Source: Patescibacteria group bacterium
GTDB taxonomy: Bacteria > Patescibacteriota > Minisyncoccia > Phycocordibacterales > SBAW01
Length of the DNA stretch: 55,132 nucleotides
Direction: 5' to 3'
Assembly: GCA_028871115.1 (NCBI GenBank)
Contig: JAGWOD010000004.1
Location: 1 to 55,132, forward strand
Every line of letters starts with the position of its first letter. Within the stretch, counting starts at the first letter, position 1. Shown here in pieces: positions 18,072-27,206 of the stretch. A program made the position numbers and the translations under genes. The notes beneath the pieces were generated by a model that worked only from the letters and a program-made list of their open reading frames with translations, did not search any database and had not been told where the DNA came from.

Positions 18072-19175
18072 CTACATCTCGCGAGTGAGGAGCATCGGGG
18101 AGACGGTTGACGTCGCTACCGTGAAGGTCGCCTGCCCGATGATTTGATTCTGCGCAGTTTCAACACTACAGCGCCACTGCCCCGGCGTCACACCCTTTTC
18201 ACTGAATCCTTTATATCCAACTGAATTTCCTCCGACGATGGGATAGGTTATGGTGGCGCGCAGTACCCATTGGTTCGTTGCGGGGTCGAGATAGTACCAC
18301 TCGTGTTTTATCGGAGTGGTAAGGCCGGTCGGTGCAAAGACGGAAGAAAAGCAATAGGCAATCGAGCTCGTTGCAAGAGTAAATACCCCTGAAGTAGTTT
18401 GCCAAAAGTCCCACCACGGCGTCGGCTCGTAGATACCGACGTATCCTACGGTGTCACTCTTGGCGACAAAATGGTAGATGCCAATATCCTTGAGCGAGAG
18501 CGGCACCGGAGGTATGAGCTGCCCGAAATAGAGGATATTAAAGACAAGGTAAACCCCCGCGATGATCCCGACTGATTCGCCGAGAAGTCTGAGTCCAATC
18601 TTTCCACGAAATATTTTTGTTGAATTGCCGAGAATAAAAAGAAAGAGAGCTGCAATGATAAGGCTAAGGGCTCCGCTCGCAAAAAATTGAATGGGGCCAA
18701 TACTGTGGAGGATAAATGTCGGCACCGCAATCGTAGAATAGGTCAAAAGAAGAAGGTAGTAGACGGCGATATTGAAGCGATTTTGGGCGTAGCGCGTTCT
18801 TAGGAATTCATTCCCGATAAGTATCGCAAACAGAAGCCCGATGAATACAAGATTCCCTGCCGGTGTTCCACTTTTTCCATAGAGAATAAGAAGATTGCTT
18901 GAGAGACCGCCGAAGCAAAATTGCAAAAGAAGGAGCAAGAGAAGCGGCTCCGCAGCAGGTAGAGCGCTAGCACGCCTCGCCCGCAGGTTTATGAGCACTA
19001 TGATGGTCGCGGACGCTAAGAGATAGGAGAGGAGGAGAATGTTGTCATACACATTGTCAGGACGCTTGGCGATGATGAGATCAAAGGAGAAGCCGAGCAC
19101 CATTGAAGCAACAGAAAAGTGTCGCTCCCAACGCGCCCACCAATGCAGGAGCTTGTTGAAACGAGAGGTCGGCAT
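18072..19175 (-). CDS. DUF2914-like multi-TM protein with C-terminal Ig-like domain
   Basis: About 8 TMs, IPPVPLSL, YCFSSVFAP, GG...GYKGFS.K...PGQWRCSVET. Confidence 0.8.
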   Translation of the reverse strand: MPTSRFNKLLHWWARWERHFSVASMVLGFSFDLIIAKRPDNVYDNILLLSYLLASATIIVLINLRARRASALPAAEPLLLLLLLQFCFGGLSSNLLILYGKSGTPAGNLVFIGLLFAILIGNEFLRTRYAQNRFNIAVYYLLLLTYSTIAVPTFILHSIGPIQFFASGALSLIIAALFLFILGNSTKIFRGKIGLRLLGESVGIIAGVYLVFNILYFGQLIPPVPLSLKDIGIYHFVAKSDTVGYVGIYEPTPWWDFWQTTSGVFTLATSSIAYCFSSVFAPTGLTTPIKHEWYYLDPATNQWVLRATITYPIVGGNSVGYKGFSEKGVTPGQWRCSVETAQNQIIGQATFTVATSTVSPMLLTREM

Positions 19176-19278
19176 AGAGTCCTATTGTACTAAACAAAGG
19201 TATGAGCGATTTTCTCCAATGCCGAGAAACACCTTGGCAAAAGAGCGCGGCGACAGAGACCGATATACGTGAGGCCCT

Positions 19279-20550
19279 TTATGCAAAGCGCTCAGGAATC
19301 GGAAACGTCGTGGATAACTCCTTTATTGCTTCTTGGGTGCTTTTGCGGACTTGTTGGTCTTTCGGATGCTTGAGGATATCCACCATAGACTGAGCAACAC
19401 GGAGAGATTCTTTTTCTTTCAATCCCCTCGTTGTTATTGCAGGAGTTCCAAAACGAATGCCCGAAGGATCCATCGGGCTTCGAGTATCATTTGCAATAGC
19501 ATTCTTATTAAGGGTAATACCTGCCTCATCAAGGATTTCTTCTGCTTCTTTCCCCGAAATTCCCAGCGAACCATATACATCTGCAAGCAGTAAGTGGTTG
19601 TCGGTACCCCCCGCAAGAAGTCGTATACCCTCACGTTTGAACACATCCTCCATCGCCTTCGCGTTACGCAGAATTTGGAGAGCGTATGTCTTAAACGATG
19701 GGCGCAGCGCTTCGCCGAAGGCTACCGCTTTTGCGGCAATGGTGTGCATATGGGGCCCGCCTTGAAAACCCGGGAACACGGTCTTGTCTATTTTTCTTGC
19801 AATTTCTTCACTCTCGCGCGTGAGGATCATCCCTCCGCGGGGACCACGCAGTGTCTTATGGGTGGTCGTGGTCATGACATCAAACCCATAGTCGAAGGGG
19901 TTCTTCGCGGCCTTCCCTGCTATGAGCCCGGCAATGTGCGCAATATCCATGACCGCATAGGCTCCGACGTCCCGCGCAATGTCGACAAATTTTTTATAGT
20001 CGAGCTCGCGTGGATACGCTGAGAAACCTGCAAGTACGATTTTCGGCCGAACTTTCTTTGCGATTGCGTGCATTTCCTCATAATCAATCTCACCTGTTTC
20101 TATATTGCGCATTTTATAGCGCACAAAATTGAAGATTTTGGTGATGTAGGTGACCGGATGCCCGTGCGTGAGGTGGCCGCCGTGGGAGAGGTCCATCCCG
20201 AGCACCGTGTCTCCAGGTTCCAGAAGCGCAAAATACATCGCGATGTTGGCGTTAGCTCCTCCGAGCGGCTGGACGTTTGCGTACCCAGCTCCGAAAAGCT
20301 TTTTCGCCCGCTCGAGCGCAATCATCTCGACCGCATCCGTGAACTCCTGACCGCCGTAGTAGCGCTTGCCGGGGTATCCTTCTGAGTATTTGTTGGTGAG
20401 AATGGAGCCACTGGCCTCGCGCACAGCGCGCGAAACATAATTCTCCGAAGGAATGAGTTCGAGCCCTAACGCTTCTCTATTCTCTTCACCCTGAAGCGCT
20501 TTATATATTTCGGAGTCCTCTTCTGCTATATGTGCGTAAAAATCTTCCAT
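19279..20550 (-). CDS. glyA: Serine hydroxymethyltransferase
   Basis: LIPSEN, NKYSEGYPGKRYYGG, GGHLTHG, TTTTHKTLRGPRGG, FPGFQGGP. Confidence 0.98.
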   Translation of the reverse strand: MEDFYAHIAEEDSEIYKALQGEENREALGLELIPSENYVSRAVREASGSILTNKYSEGYPGKRYYGGQEFTDAVEMIALERAKKLFGAGYANVQPLGGANANIAMYFALLEPGDTVLGMDLSHGGHLTHGHPVTYITKIFNFVRYKMRNIETGEIDYEEMHAIAKKVRPKIVLAGFSAYPRELDYKKFVDIARDVGAYAVMDIAHIAGLIAGKAAKNPFDYGFDVMTTTTHKTLRGPRGGMILTRESEEIARKIDKTVFPGFQGGPHMHTIAAKAVAFGEALRPSFKTYALQILRNAKAMEDVFKREGIRLLAGGTDNHLLLADVYGSLGISGKEAEEILDEAGITLNKNAIANDTRSPMDPSGIRFGTPAITTRGLKEKESLRVAQSMVDILKHPKDQQVRKSTQEAIKELSTTFPIPERFA

Positions 20551-20607
20551 GGTCGTAAGTCCAATGAGTAATCGTGACCGACGGAAGATACTAGACCATA
20601 TACAGGA

Positions 20608-21558
20608 TTATACGCTGTGGAGTTTCTTGTTGTACCCACCTGAGACCACAAGATCGGCCTTGATAGTCGTGTGTGGTTCGTAGCCGTTGAGCTCGACATA
20701 CTCCGGCTTGAACGAATCGAGTGAGTTGAAAGCATGCGTGAAGGAAATGGTTGGGAACATTTTAGGTTCGCGCGCGAGCTGTTCGCGGGCTGATTCCCTG
20801 TGTGTTTCGTATATATGGAGGTCGCCAAACGTATGGACGAACTCTCCGGGCTCGCGACCGAGTATCTTGGCAATGATGATAGTAAGAAGCGCATAGCTCG
20901 CGATGTTGAAAGGAACCCCGAGAAATACATCGGCGCTGCGTTGATAAAGCTGCAGACATACCCGCCCATGTTTTATGTTGAGTTGGTAGAGATTGTGGCA
21001 AATGGGAAAGCGTGCCGCCTGTCCGGGAGCCGCCATCGCGTAGAGATACTCAGGATTCCAGGAGGATACGAGCGTATTGTGAGCGTCCGGATCCTTCCGC
21101 AATTCCTCTATCGCCCAAGAGAGTTGATCCACTCTTCTGCCGTCCTGCGCCTCCCAGCGTCGCCAAAGTTCCCCGTAGATATGGGGCAGCTCGCCATACT
21201 CTCGTGCGAACGCTTTATCAGTCTTTATTTTCTCGATGAACGCTTCCTTCGTCAGGGTATTGCCATGCTTCTCTTGGTAGATTTTGTAGGGATAGTCGTC
21301 CCAAATATGGACGTCGTGGTCAACGAGATACTTTATGTTGCTCTGACCAGAGAGAAACCAATAAAGTTCATGGAGCACTCCTTTCCAGTAGACCCGCTTG
21401 GTTGTGAGGAGTGGGAACCCCTCAGAGAGATCGAACCGCATCTGCCGCCCAAATACGCTATAGGTTTTAGTGCCGTGATCCTTGTCGACTTGTTCTTCAC
21501 CCCGCTCGAGCGTTTCGCGCAGAAGGTCGAGATATTGCTGTTCGGGGTGGCGTTTCAT
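20608..21558 (-). CDS. thyA: Thymidylate synthase ThyA (divergent phosphate-binding residues)
   Basis: FPLLTTK, ELYWF, catalytic PICH, YQRSADVFLGVPFNIASY, GDLHIY. Confidence 0.95.
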   Translation of the reverse strand: MKRHPEQQYLDLLRETLERGEEQVDKDHGTKTYSVFGRQMRFDLSEGFPLLTTKRVYWKGVLHELYWFLSGQSNIKYLVDHDVHIWDDYPYKIYQEKHGNTLTKEAFIEKIKTDKAFAREYGELPHIYGELWRRWEAQDGRRVDQLSWAIEELRKDPDAHNTLVSSWNPEYLYAMAAPGQAARFPICHNLYQLNIKHGRVCLQLYQRSADVFLGVPFNIASYALLTIIIAKILGREPGEFVHTFGDLHIYETHRESAREQLAREPKMFPTISFTHAFNSLDSFKPEYVELNGYEPHTTIKADLVVSGGYNKKLHSV

Positions 21559-21564
21559 ATGAGG

Positions 21565-22134
21565 TTACTTCGCTGCCTTTGTTTTTGGGATCTTCCGCTT
21601 CTCTTCGACGTACCCCTTGATATTGTCGGCGGAATAGCGCCCGGTATCCTTGTAGCTCTGGCGCGGAGGCGAGGAGAGTTTTGAGAATGTGAGCTGCGCG
21701 ATTGCCATCCCGGGGTGAAGGACTATAGGTACGTTGTTGAGATTGCAGAGCTCGAGGGCAACATTGAGGAAATGTCCGGGGTTGATGAGCGCCGCGGAAT
21801 TGTGAACCAAGAGTCCGATGCGCGCGAGCGAACTTTTTCCGTTGACTTCAATGAGGTAACTGTCGGAGCCAAAATAGTCTTTTGAATAGCCGAGGATGGA
21901 GACACCTGGATGCAGAACAAATACGTCCCCGTCGGCAACCGTTACTTCCGTGGTTTTGGGGAACACTTTCTTTACCGGATCGATATAGGTTGAGGAATGG
22001 GCATCATTCACGAAGAAGGTATTGCCGAGGAGAATATCGTAGCTTGCAGGCTGGAGGCGCTTCTCGTCGAAAGGCTTGAGGATTATTTCCCCTTTCTCTA
22101 CCGCCTTCTTAATATCGACATCTGAAAGCATCAT
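21565..22134 (-). CDS. dcd: dCTP deaminase
   Basis: MLSD.DI, QPASYD..LG, GKSSLARIG, LEL.N, GM.IAQL.F; start trimmed to ATG 22134. Confidence 0.93.
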   Translation of the reverse strand: MMLSDVDIKKAVEKGEIILKPFDEKRLQPASYDILLGNTFFVNDAHSSTYIDPVKKVFPKTTEVTVADGDVFVLHPGVSILGYSKDYFGSDSYLIEVNGKSSLARIGLLVHNSAALINPGHFLNVALELCNLNNVPIVLHPGMAIAQLTFSKLSSPPRQSYKDTGRYSADNIKGYVEEKRKIPKTKAAK

Positions 22135-22135
22135 G

Positions 22136-22813
22136 TTAGGCGACAGTGAATACCTTATCCGTTCCGTAATATTCCTGCCAATGCGCATTATAGAAAGAAA
22201 ACATGCGTTCAAGTCGATCCTGCGGAAGCTCCTGCACATCAAGTTCACGCATGAGAGCCCGTATTTCTTGGCGCGCAGCTTCGACAGCTTCTCTGTCTTC
22301 TACCATCTTTTCGAACTCGGCGAGCCAGCCATACCCCGCGTTTTTATCAAGGCAGATATTAATTCCTCGACAGAGATATTCCTCACGGTCACGAGACCAC
22401 TTTGCTTGGTAGATGAACCCGGAACCGAGAATGAGAGCGTCGAGAGCGTCGAGTGGAATATCTACCTTTTCGTCGAGCTCAATGCGCGAAATGCCGTTGT
22501 CGCTTGAGCTGTCGTCGATTGAGGCCTTAACGACAAGATACACCCCGGAATCTTTTTGACGCGTGCGCACTGAGAAAGTTTTCGCTTTTCTTGCAAGATC
22601 ATCAAACTGGATACATTTATCCTCCTCAAGGCAGCGTCGTGCAACCGATTCAGCAAGCGCATCAAGATTTCCTCCTTGGAAGTAATGGTTGAGCTGAGAA
22701 TTGTGGGCAACGAGTTTGGTAGCAGGATCAAGTCGAAATATTCGCTCGCGCAACGCATCCGCGTTCTCTTTGCTCCCAAGAAGCGACTTTATCTCTACTT
22801 CATAGCTGTGCAT
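22136..22813 (-). CDS. CYTH domain protein (triphosphate tunnel metalloenzyme)
   Basis: N-terminal EVEIK (ExExK), HYF, VRTR, RIELD, KW.R.REEY, LD...GYG..AEFE. Confidence 0.85.
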   Translation of the reverse strand: MHSYEVEIKSLLGSKENADALRERIFRLDPATKLVAHNSQLNHYFQGGNLDALAESVARRCLEEDKCIQFDDLARKAKTFSVRTRQKDSGVYLVVKASIDDSSSDNGISRIELDEKVDIPLDALDALILGSGFIYQAKWSRDREEYLCRGINICLDKNAGYGWLAEFEKMVEDREAVEAARQEIRALMRELDVQELPQDRLERMFSFYNAHWQEYYGTDKVFTVA

Positions 22814-22891
22814 GAAAACATTTTAGCCTGCATGCCGCTGAAGGCAAAATGTGGGCGAAAGTAATTCTTTGTGGTGTGATATATTTCCCGC

Positions 22892-23392
22892 ATGCATAAA
22901 CCGAGAGTAAGTATGGTGGCCGCAATCGGAAAGAACCGAGTACTCGGAAAAGGAGGTGGCCTCCTCTGGCATATCCCAGAAGATCTCAAGCGTTTCAAAC
23001 GCCTCACCCTCGGCCACCCGATCATCATGGGACGCAAAACATTTGAATCAATCGCCCCCTATCTCAAAGGACCCTTGCCGGGACGCACTAACATCGTTCT
23101 AACGCGCGACCCCACATGGGGCTATGAAGGAGTCTTCACCTGCAAAAGCTTAGAGGAAGCGCTCAAGAAGGCAGGTGAGTTCACCAATGAAGAAATCTTC
23201 ATCGGCGGGGGTGGAGAATTATATACACAAGCCCTTCCCTATGCGGATAAACTCTATCTCACGATTGTGAAGGATGAAAAGGAAGGAGATGCTTTTTTCC
23301 CACCATATGAAAGATACTTCACTAAAAAAGTATTCGAGGAAGAACATGAGTGGAACGGGGTGAAATACACATGGATTGATTTTGAACGCTAA
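22892..23392 (+). CDS. folA: Dihydrofolate reductase
   Basis: VAA..N.VLG..G.L.W.IPEDLKRFK, IMGRKTFES, PLPGRTNIVL, IGGGELY, GDAFFP. Confidence 0.97.
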   Translation: MHKPRVSMVAAIGKNRVLGKGGGLLWHIPEDLKRFKRLTLGHPIIMGRKTFESIAPYLKGPLPGRTNIVLTRDPTWGYEGVFTCKSLEEALKKAGEFTNEEIFIGGGGELYTQALPYADKLYLTIVKDEKEGDAFFPPYERYFTKKVFEEEHEWNGVKYTWIDFER

Positions 23393-23435
23393 GAATTATA
23401 TGGTTTTGCAAGACGAACATAGAGGAGAGTGGTAG

Positions 23436-23780
23436 ATGGAATTACGCAGTGTAGCTCTGTACACCGCTCGGATTGATGCGGTCTGCAGTTTTTTAAAGAC
23501 TCTTGGGCTCACGCTGGTGTCCAAGCAACATAAAGATGGGCCGCCGCATTTTGTCTGCGAACTCGGCGGGACGATCTTGAAAATCTACCCGGGCCAAGTG
23601 CAGAGTCGGGTTCGGCTTGGATTTCGAGTTCCTTCTTTTTTCGGGTTCCGATTTCCCTCTTTGACCGAGCTGGGCAAGGATCTCGCTCTCAAAGGAGTTG
23701 CCCTTGAGGAGGAAGATCGCGGTGGCAATCATTACTTGGTTGCCCGAGGGCCTGAAATTAGCGTCGAGTTTAGTGAATAG
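23436..23780 (+). CDS. VOC/glyoxalase family protein
   Basis: L.T......FL..LGL....QH..GPPHF..ELG...LKIYP, LGFRV; GAGGAG SD. Confidence 0.75.
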   Translation: MELRSVALYTARIDAVCSFLKTLGLTLVSKQHKDGPPHFVCELGGTILKIYPGQVQSRVRLGFRVPSFFGFRFPSLTELGKDLALKGVALEEEDRGGNHYLVARGPEISVEFSE

Positions 23781-23790
23781 GGAGATCAAC

Positions 23791-23826
23791 GAACCCTGCC
23801 ACTCTCATGGCAGGGTTCAAATTTTA
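23791..23826. terminator. Terminator between the convergent VOC gene and rplK
   Basis: GAACCCTGCCA/TGGCAGGGTTC 11-bp inverted repeat. Confidence 0.75.
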
Positions 23827-23837
23827 TATATGAAATA

Positions 23838-24260
23838 TTATTTTACCTCGACGCCCATTGAGCGAGCTGAGCCTTCGATTATCCTCATCGCTTGATCAAT
23901 ATCCTGTGTATTGAGGTCTGCCATTTTCTTCTGAGCAATTTCTCGGACTTGCGCTTTTGTAAGGGTACCGACTTTGGAAGTATTGGGCTTACCTGATCCT
24001 TTATCTTTGCCAAGCGCCTTGAGAATAAGGTTAGAGGCGGGCGGCTTTTTTAGAATGAAGGAGTAGGAGCGGTCGTCATACACAGAAATGACCGCAGGTA
24101 CCATGTCCCCTTTCATATCCTTAGACGCTTCGTTGAATTTCTTTACGAATTCACCGATGTTGATACCCGCAGGCCCGAGCACCTGCCCCATGGCAGGGGT
24201 AAGAGTCGCGGCACCGCCTTGGGCAATTATCTTTATCTGTTTCACTACCTTTTTCGCCAT
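23838..24260 (-). CDS. rplK: 50S ribosomal protein L11
   Basis: GG.AT..P.MG..LG..GINI..F.K.FN, YDDRSYSF, GS..PN, K.ADLN, GSARSMG. Confidence 0.97.
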   Translation of the reverse strand: MAKKVVKQIKIIAQGGAATLTPAMGQVLGPAGINIGEFVKKFNEASKDMKGDMVPAVISVYDDRSYSFILKKPPASNLILKALGKDKGSGKPNTSKVGTLTKAQVREIAQKKMADLNTQDIDQAMRIIEGSARSMGVEVK

Positions 24261-24271
24261 AGAGAGTTACG

Positions 24272-24817
24272 TTATATCCTTTTTACTTGGAGGAAATCAA
24301 GCTCGACCGGAGTTTCGCGTCCAAACATAGCAACGAGCACTTTTACCTTGCCACGAGCCTCGTCGACTTCGCCTACCTTACCGTCGAGATCTTTAAAGGG
24401 CCCGTCAACGATAGTGACGGAGTCTCCTTTCTGTAAATCAATGGCATGTTTGACGCCAGTCTCTTGCATGCGCCCAAGAAGTATCTCTACTTCTTCCTTA
24501 GAGAGCGGTACGGGGTGGACGCCAGATCCGACGAATCCTGTAACTCGGGGAGTGTTGCGCACTACGAACCAAGACTGGTCGTCGACGACCATATCGACGA
24601 GCACGTAGCCCGGATAGACCTTCTCTTCTTCCTCGACGCGCTTGCCGCCTTTGACCTTAATAGTGCGCTCCGTGGGAACGATCACGCTGAAGATCTTTTC
24701 CTGAAGCCCCATGGATTCGATGCGCTGGCGCAGGTTGCGTGCCACCGCGTTTTCATACCCCGCGTAGGTGTGGATGGCGTACCAGTTTCGTCCTTCGTTT
24801 ATATTTTGTTTCGACAT
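24272..24817 (-). CDS. nusG: Transcription termination/antitermination factor NusG
   Basis: WYAIHTYAGYE, YPGYVLV, VRNTPRVTGFVG, KOW GPF, MFGRETPVELDF; start ATG 24817. Confidence 0.98.
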   Translation of the reverse strand: MSKQNINEGRNWYAIHTYAGYENAVARNLRQRIESMGLQEKIFSVIVPTERTIKVKGGKRVEEEEKVYPGYVLVDMVVDDQSWFVVRNTPRVTGFVGSGVHPVPLSKEEVEILLGRMQETGVKHAIDLQKGDSVTIVDGPFKDLDGKVGEVDEARGKVKVLVAMFGRETPVELDFLQVKRI

Positions 24818-24830
24818 TGCCGTGAAAAAA

Positions 24831-25001
24831 TTAGATGATGTGCTGAAGAACCGCTGAGAAGAATTCATCGAGAAGACCCAGGTAGATAGCAACCGCGAGC
24901 GAAACGACAATGACGACAACCGTGTAGATAGTCGTTTGTCGACGGGAAGGCCATGTCACATGCCGCATCTCTGCTCTCACTTGCTTGAAATATTCGAACA
25001 T
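24831..25001 (-). CDS. secE: Preprotein translocase subunit SecE (not in the ORF track)
   Basis: MFEYFKQVRAEMRHVTWPSRRQTTIYTVVVIVVSLAVAIYLGLLD...; EM..VTWP motif and secE-nusG synteny. Confidence 0.95.
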   Translation of the reverse strand: MFEYFKQVRAEMRHVTWPSRRQTTIYTVVVIVVSLAVAIYLGLLDEFFSAVLQHII

Positions 25002-25086
25002 AAGGATAGGTATAGGGAAAATAAGGCAATTTTAAAAGCCCTCGCGGGCCGTTACGAGAATAGTATACCCTCCAAAGAGCAAAGAG

Positions 25087-25122
25087 CAAGGGCCTCTCCG
25101 GGGTACCCCGGAGAGGCCCTTG
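25087..25122. repeat. Perfect 36-bp palindrome, probably the SIMPL gene terminator
   Basis: CAAGGGCCTCTCCGGGGTACCCCGGAGAGGCCCTTG equals its own reverse complement. Confidence 0.9.
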
Positions 25123-25132
25123 GGATGAAAAG

Positions 25133-25945
25133 TTAGCGTATCTCGTAGGTAATACTCACGTCCGAGGTCACCTCATTCTGTCCTGGCGAAATAGTAGGTG
25201 CGCTCGCCGCGACGTTACCTGCGGAGGCTGCCATCGCGTACATAGGGCCGGGAGGCTGGCCATTGGTTTCGGTGAAGGAAACAATGTGCCCGAGCGAAAC
25301 ACCGAGAGATTGCGCGAGCTCGGCGGCAGATGCCTTCGCCTGGGCGACTGCTTGATCACGCGCCTGTTCATCAACCGTAGTCGGATCAGAGACCGTGAAC
25401 GAAAGGCCGGAGACCTCGGTCGCGCCCTTGGAACCAATTCCAGTGAGAAGATCCCCCGCACTTGATAGAGAGTGCACCTTCACATCATTGGTCTGCTGTA
25501 CTTCATAGCCAATGAGAATTTGTCTTCCCGGCGGGCAATAGAGAGGAGTAGTCCCGGAGGAAACTGGGCAGGCTGCGTTTTGATATTGGTACTGCGGAGA
25601 AATGCTGTAGCCCGTTGTCTGTACATCCTGTGCCGATACTCCTGCGCTCTCAAGATAGCTCGTGACCGCGTTTGCGATAGTGGTCGCATCGCTCTGTGCC
25701 TCTGCTACGGTGGGCTTATCCGATACGACCGAGTAGGTGAATTCCGCAGTGTCGGGAATGGCGTAGGCATGACCTTCGCCTGAAACCGTAACGGTGTTGG
25801 TGGGTGTTACGCCCTGCCCCACATAACTAAAAGAAAGGAGTCCAAGAACAGTTTCAACTGCCAAAAAGGCTACAAGAAGCCATACCGCGACCATAACCGC
25901 AGTGCGAATCTGCTGTCCGGTTCTACCCTCGAAGAGTCCGTTCAT
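25133..25945 (-). CDS. SIMPL (DUF541/BP26) domain protein
   Basis: TVTVSGEG....PD.A, SISPQY.Y, AR.QAV..AK..A..LA..LG..LG.I, ISPGQNEV...V.ITY. Confidence 0.92.
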   Translation of the reverse strand: MNGLFEGRTGQQIRTAVMVAVWLLVAFLAVETVLGLLSFSYVGQGVTPTNTVTVSGEGHAYAIPDTAEFTYSVVSDKPTVAEAQSDATTIANAVTSYLESAGVSAQDVQTTGYSISPQYQYQNAACPVSSGTTPLYCPPGRQILIGYEVQQTNDVKVHSLSSAGDLLTGIGSKGATEVSGLSFTVSDPTTVDEQARDQAVAQAKASAAELAQSLGVSLGHIVSFTETNGQPPGPMYAMAASAGNVAASAPTISPGQNEVTSDVSITYEIR

Positions 25946-25972
25946 AGAGTCCGAAAATACTGCTGATAATGT

Positions 25973-26662
25973 TTAATGTTGCTTGGCAAGTACTGACTGT
26001 ACAATAGCACTAACTTCTGCCTCCGGAAGCGCTCCGGAAAAGGGCACCATCGTGCCGTCTTTGCCGACAACAATGGTAAAGGGCGTCCCCTGACCTCCAT
26101 TGGCAACTGCCTCTGCTTCGTCGGTGTTTATCCTGCTGTCGTATTCTTTATTCGCAACACACTGGGCAAAGGTTGTGGGGTTAGCACCAAGTTCCGCTGC
26201 AACTTTGGGGTAGAAATCGGGGCCAAGTTCCGACTGGTTGTTGAAATCGATGTCGACGAATTGCCAGAATGCATTGTTGCCGAGTTCCGCTGCAATGCAC
26301 TCCGCTGCTTCGGCAGCAGGCCGCGCTTGAGGATGAATGGAGTCAAGCGGAAAATTGCGGTAGACCCACGCTACTTGTCCGCTTGAGGACGCTACGATCG
26401 ACTTGAGAGTGGGGTAGATGAGTGAGCAGTATGGACATTCAAAATCAGCATATTCGACGATCACCACCTTCGCATCGGGGGAACCGACGATGTGGTCTTG
26501 CGCGGAGGGCGGGCGTATGGAAATTGAGGTTCCTCCAGCATTTGCCGAGGGAGTATTCACATGGGTGAGAACAATCGCGCCCGCAATGACGACTGAGGCA
26601 AAAACAATAGCGACCGGAAGGGTGAGCTCAAATTTTTTCTTATGCACTGGAGTCTCGGGCAT
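25973..26662 (-). CDS. DsbA family thiol-disulfide oxidoreductase, membrane-anchored
   Basis: G.P.AKV.IVEYADFECPYC, YRNFPL..IH, GTP; start ATG 26662 after TACCAT-N7. Confidence 0.93.
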   Translation of the reverse strand: MPETPVHKKKFELTLPVAIVFASVVIAGAIVLTHVNTPSANAGGTSISIRPPSAQDHIVGSPDAKVVIVEYADFECPYCSLIYPTLKSIVASSSGQVAWVYRNFPLDSIHPQARPAAEAAECIAAELGNNAFWQFVDIDFNNQSELGPDFYPKVAAELGANPTTFAQCVANKEYDSRINTDEAEAVANGGQGTPFTIVVGKDGTMVPFSGALPEAEVSAIVQSVLAKQH

Positions 26663-26708
26663 GTGAGGTATGGTAGCGCCAAAGGGATGCGGAGACAATC
26701 AGGATAAG

Positions 26709-27152
26709 CTATTTCGCACTTCGTGCCTTAAGAAGATCCCGTATCTCTTCGAGAAGTCTCTCTTCCGGAGGTTTTTCGTGCTCAGGGGTTTTCTGCTCTT
26801 CCCCACTCTTGAAGAGATGCTCCTTCGCCATAGAAAGAAACTTAAAGACAAGGAAAATAGATCCGGAGACGATAAGGAAGTTGAATATGGTTTCGAAAAA
26901 CGAACCGTAATTGAGGGTAAGCGCAGGGACTGCAACTCCGTTTGATGAGGTGTATGCAGCGCGCATGACGAGCGCCAAGTTCTTAAAATCCACTTGGTTG
27001 GGAGTAAAGAGGCCGATGAGCGGCGTGATAATATCCGCCACCAGAGAATTGACTATGGCACTGAAGGCGTTGCCGACCACGACTGCCACGGCAAGTTGGA
27101 GTGCGTTGCCTCGTATGGCAAATTGGCGAAACTCTTCTACAAGCGCTTTCAT
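26709..27152 (-). CDS. mscL: Large-conductance mechanosensitive channel
   Basis: EF..FA.RGN...LAVAVVVG.AF..IV.SLV.DII.P, YG.F, LLEEIRDLL. Confidence 0.97.
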   Translation of the reverse strand: MKALVEEFRQFAIRGNALQLAVAVVVGNAFSAIVNSLVADIITPLIGLFTPNQVDFKNLALVMRAAYTSSNGVAVPALTLNYGSFFETIFNFLIVSGSIFLVFKFLSMAKEHLFKSGEEQKTPEHEKPPEERLLEEIRDLLKARSAK

Positions 27153-27206
27153 AGCTCAGCGAGGAGTATACCATCTCTGAATCCAAACCAGTGATAGAAT
27201 TCTCGC

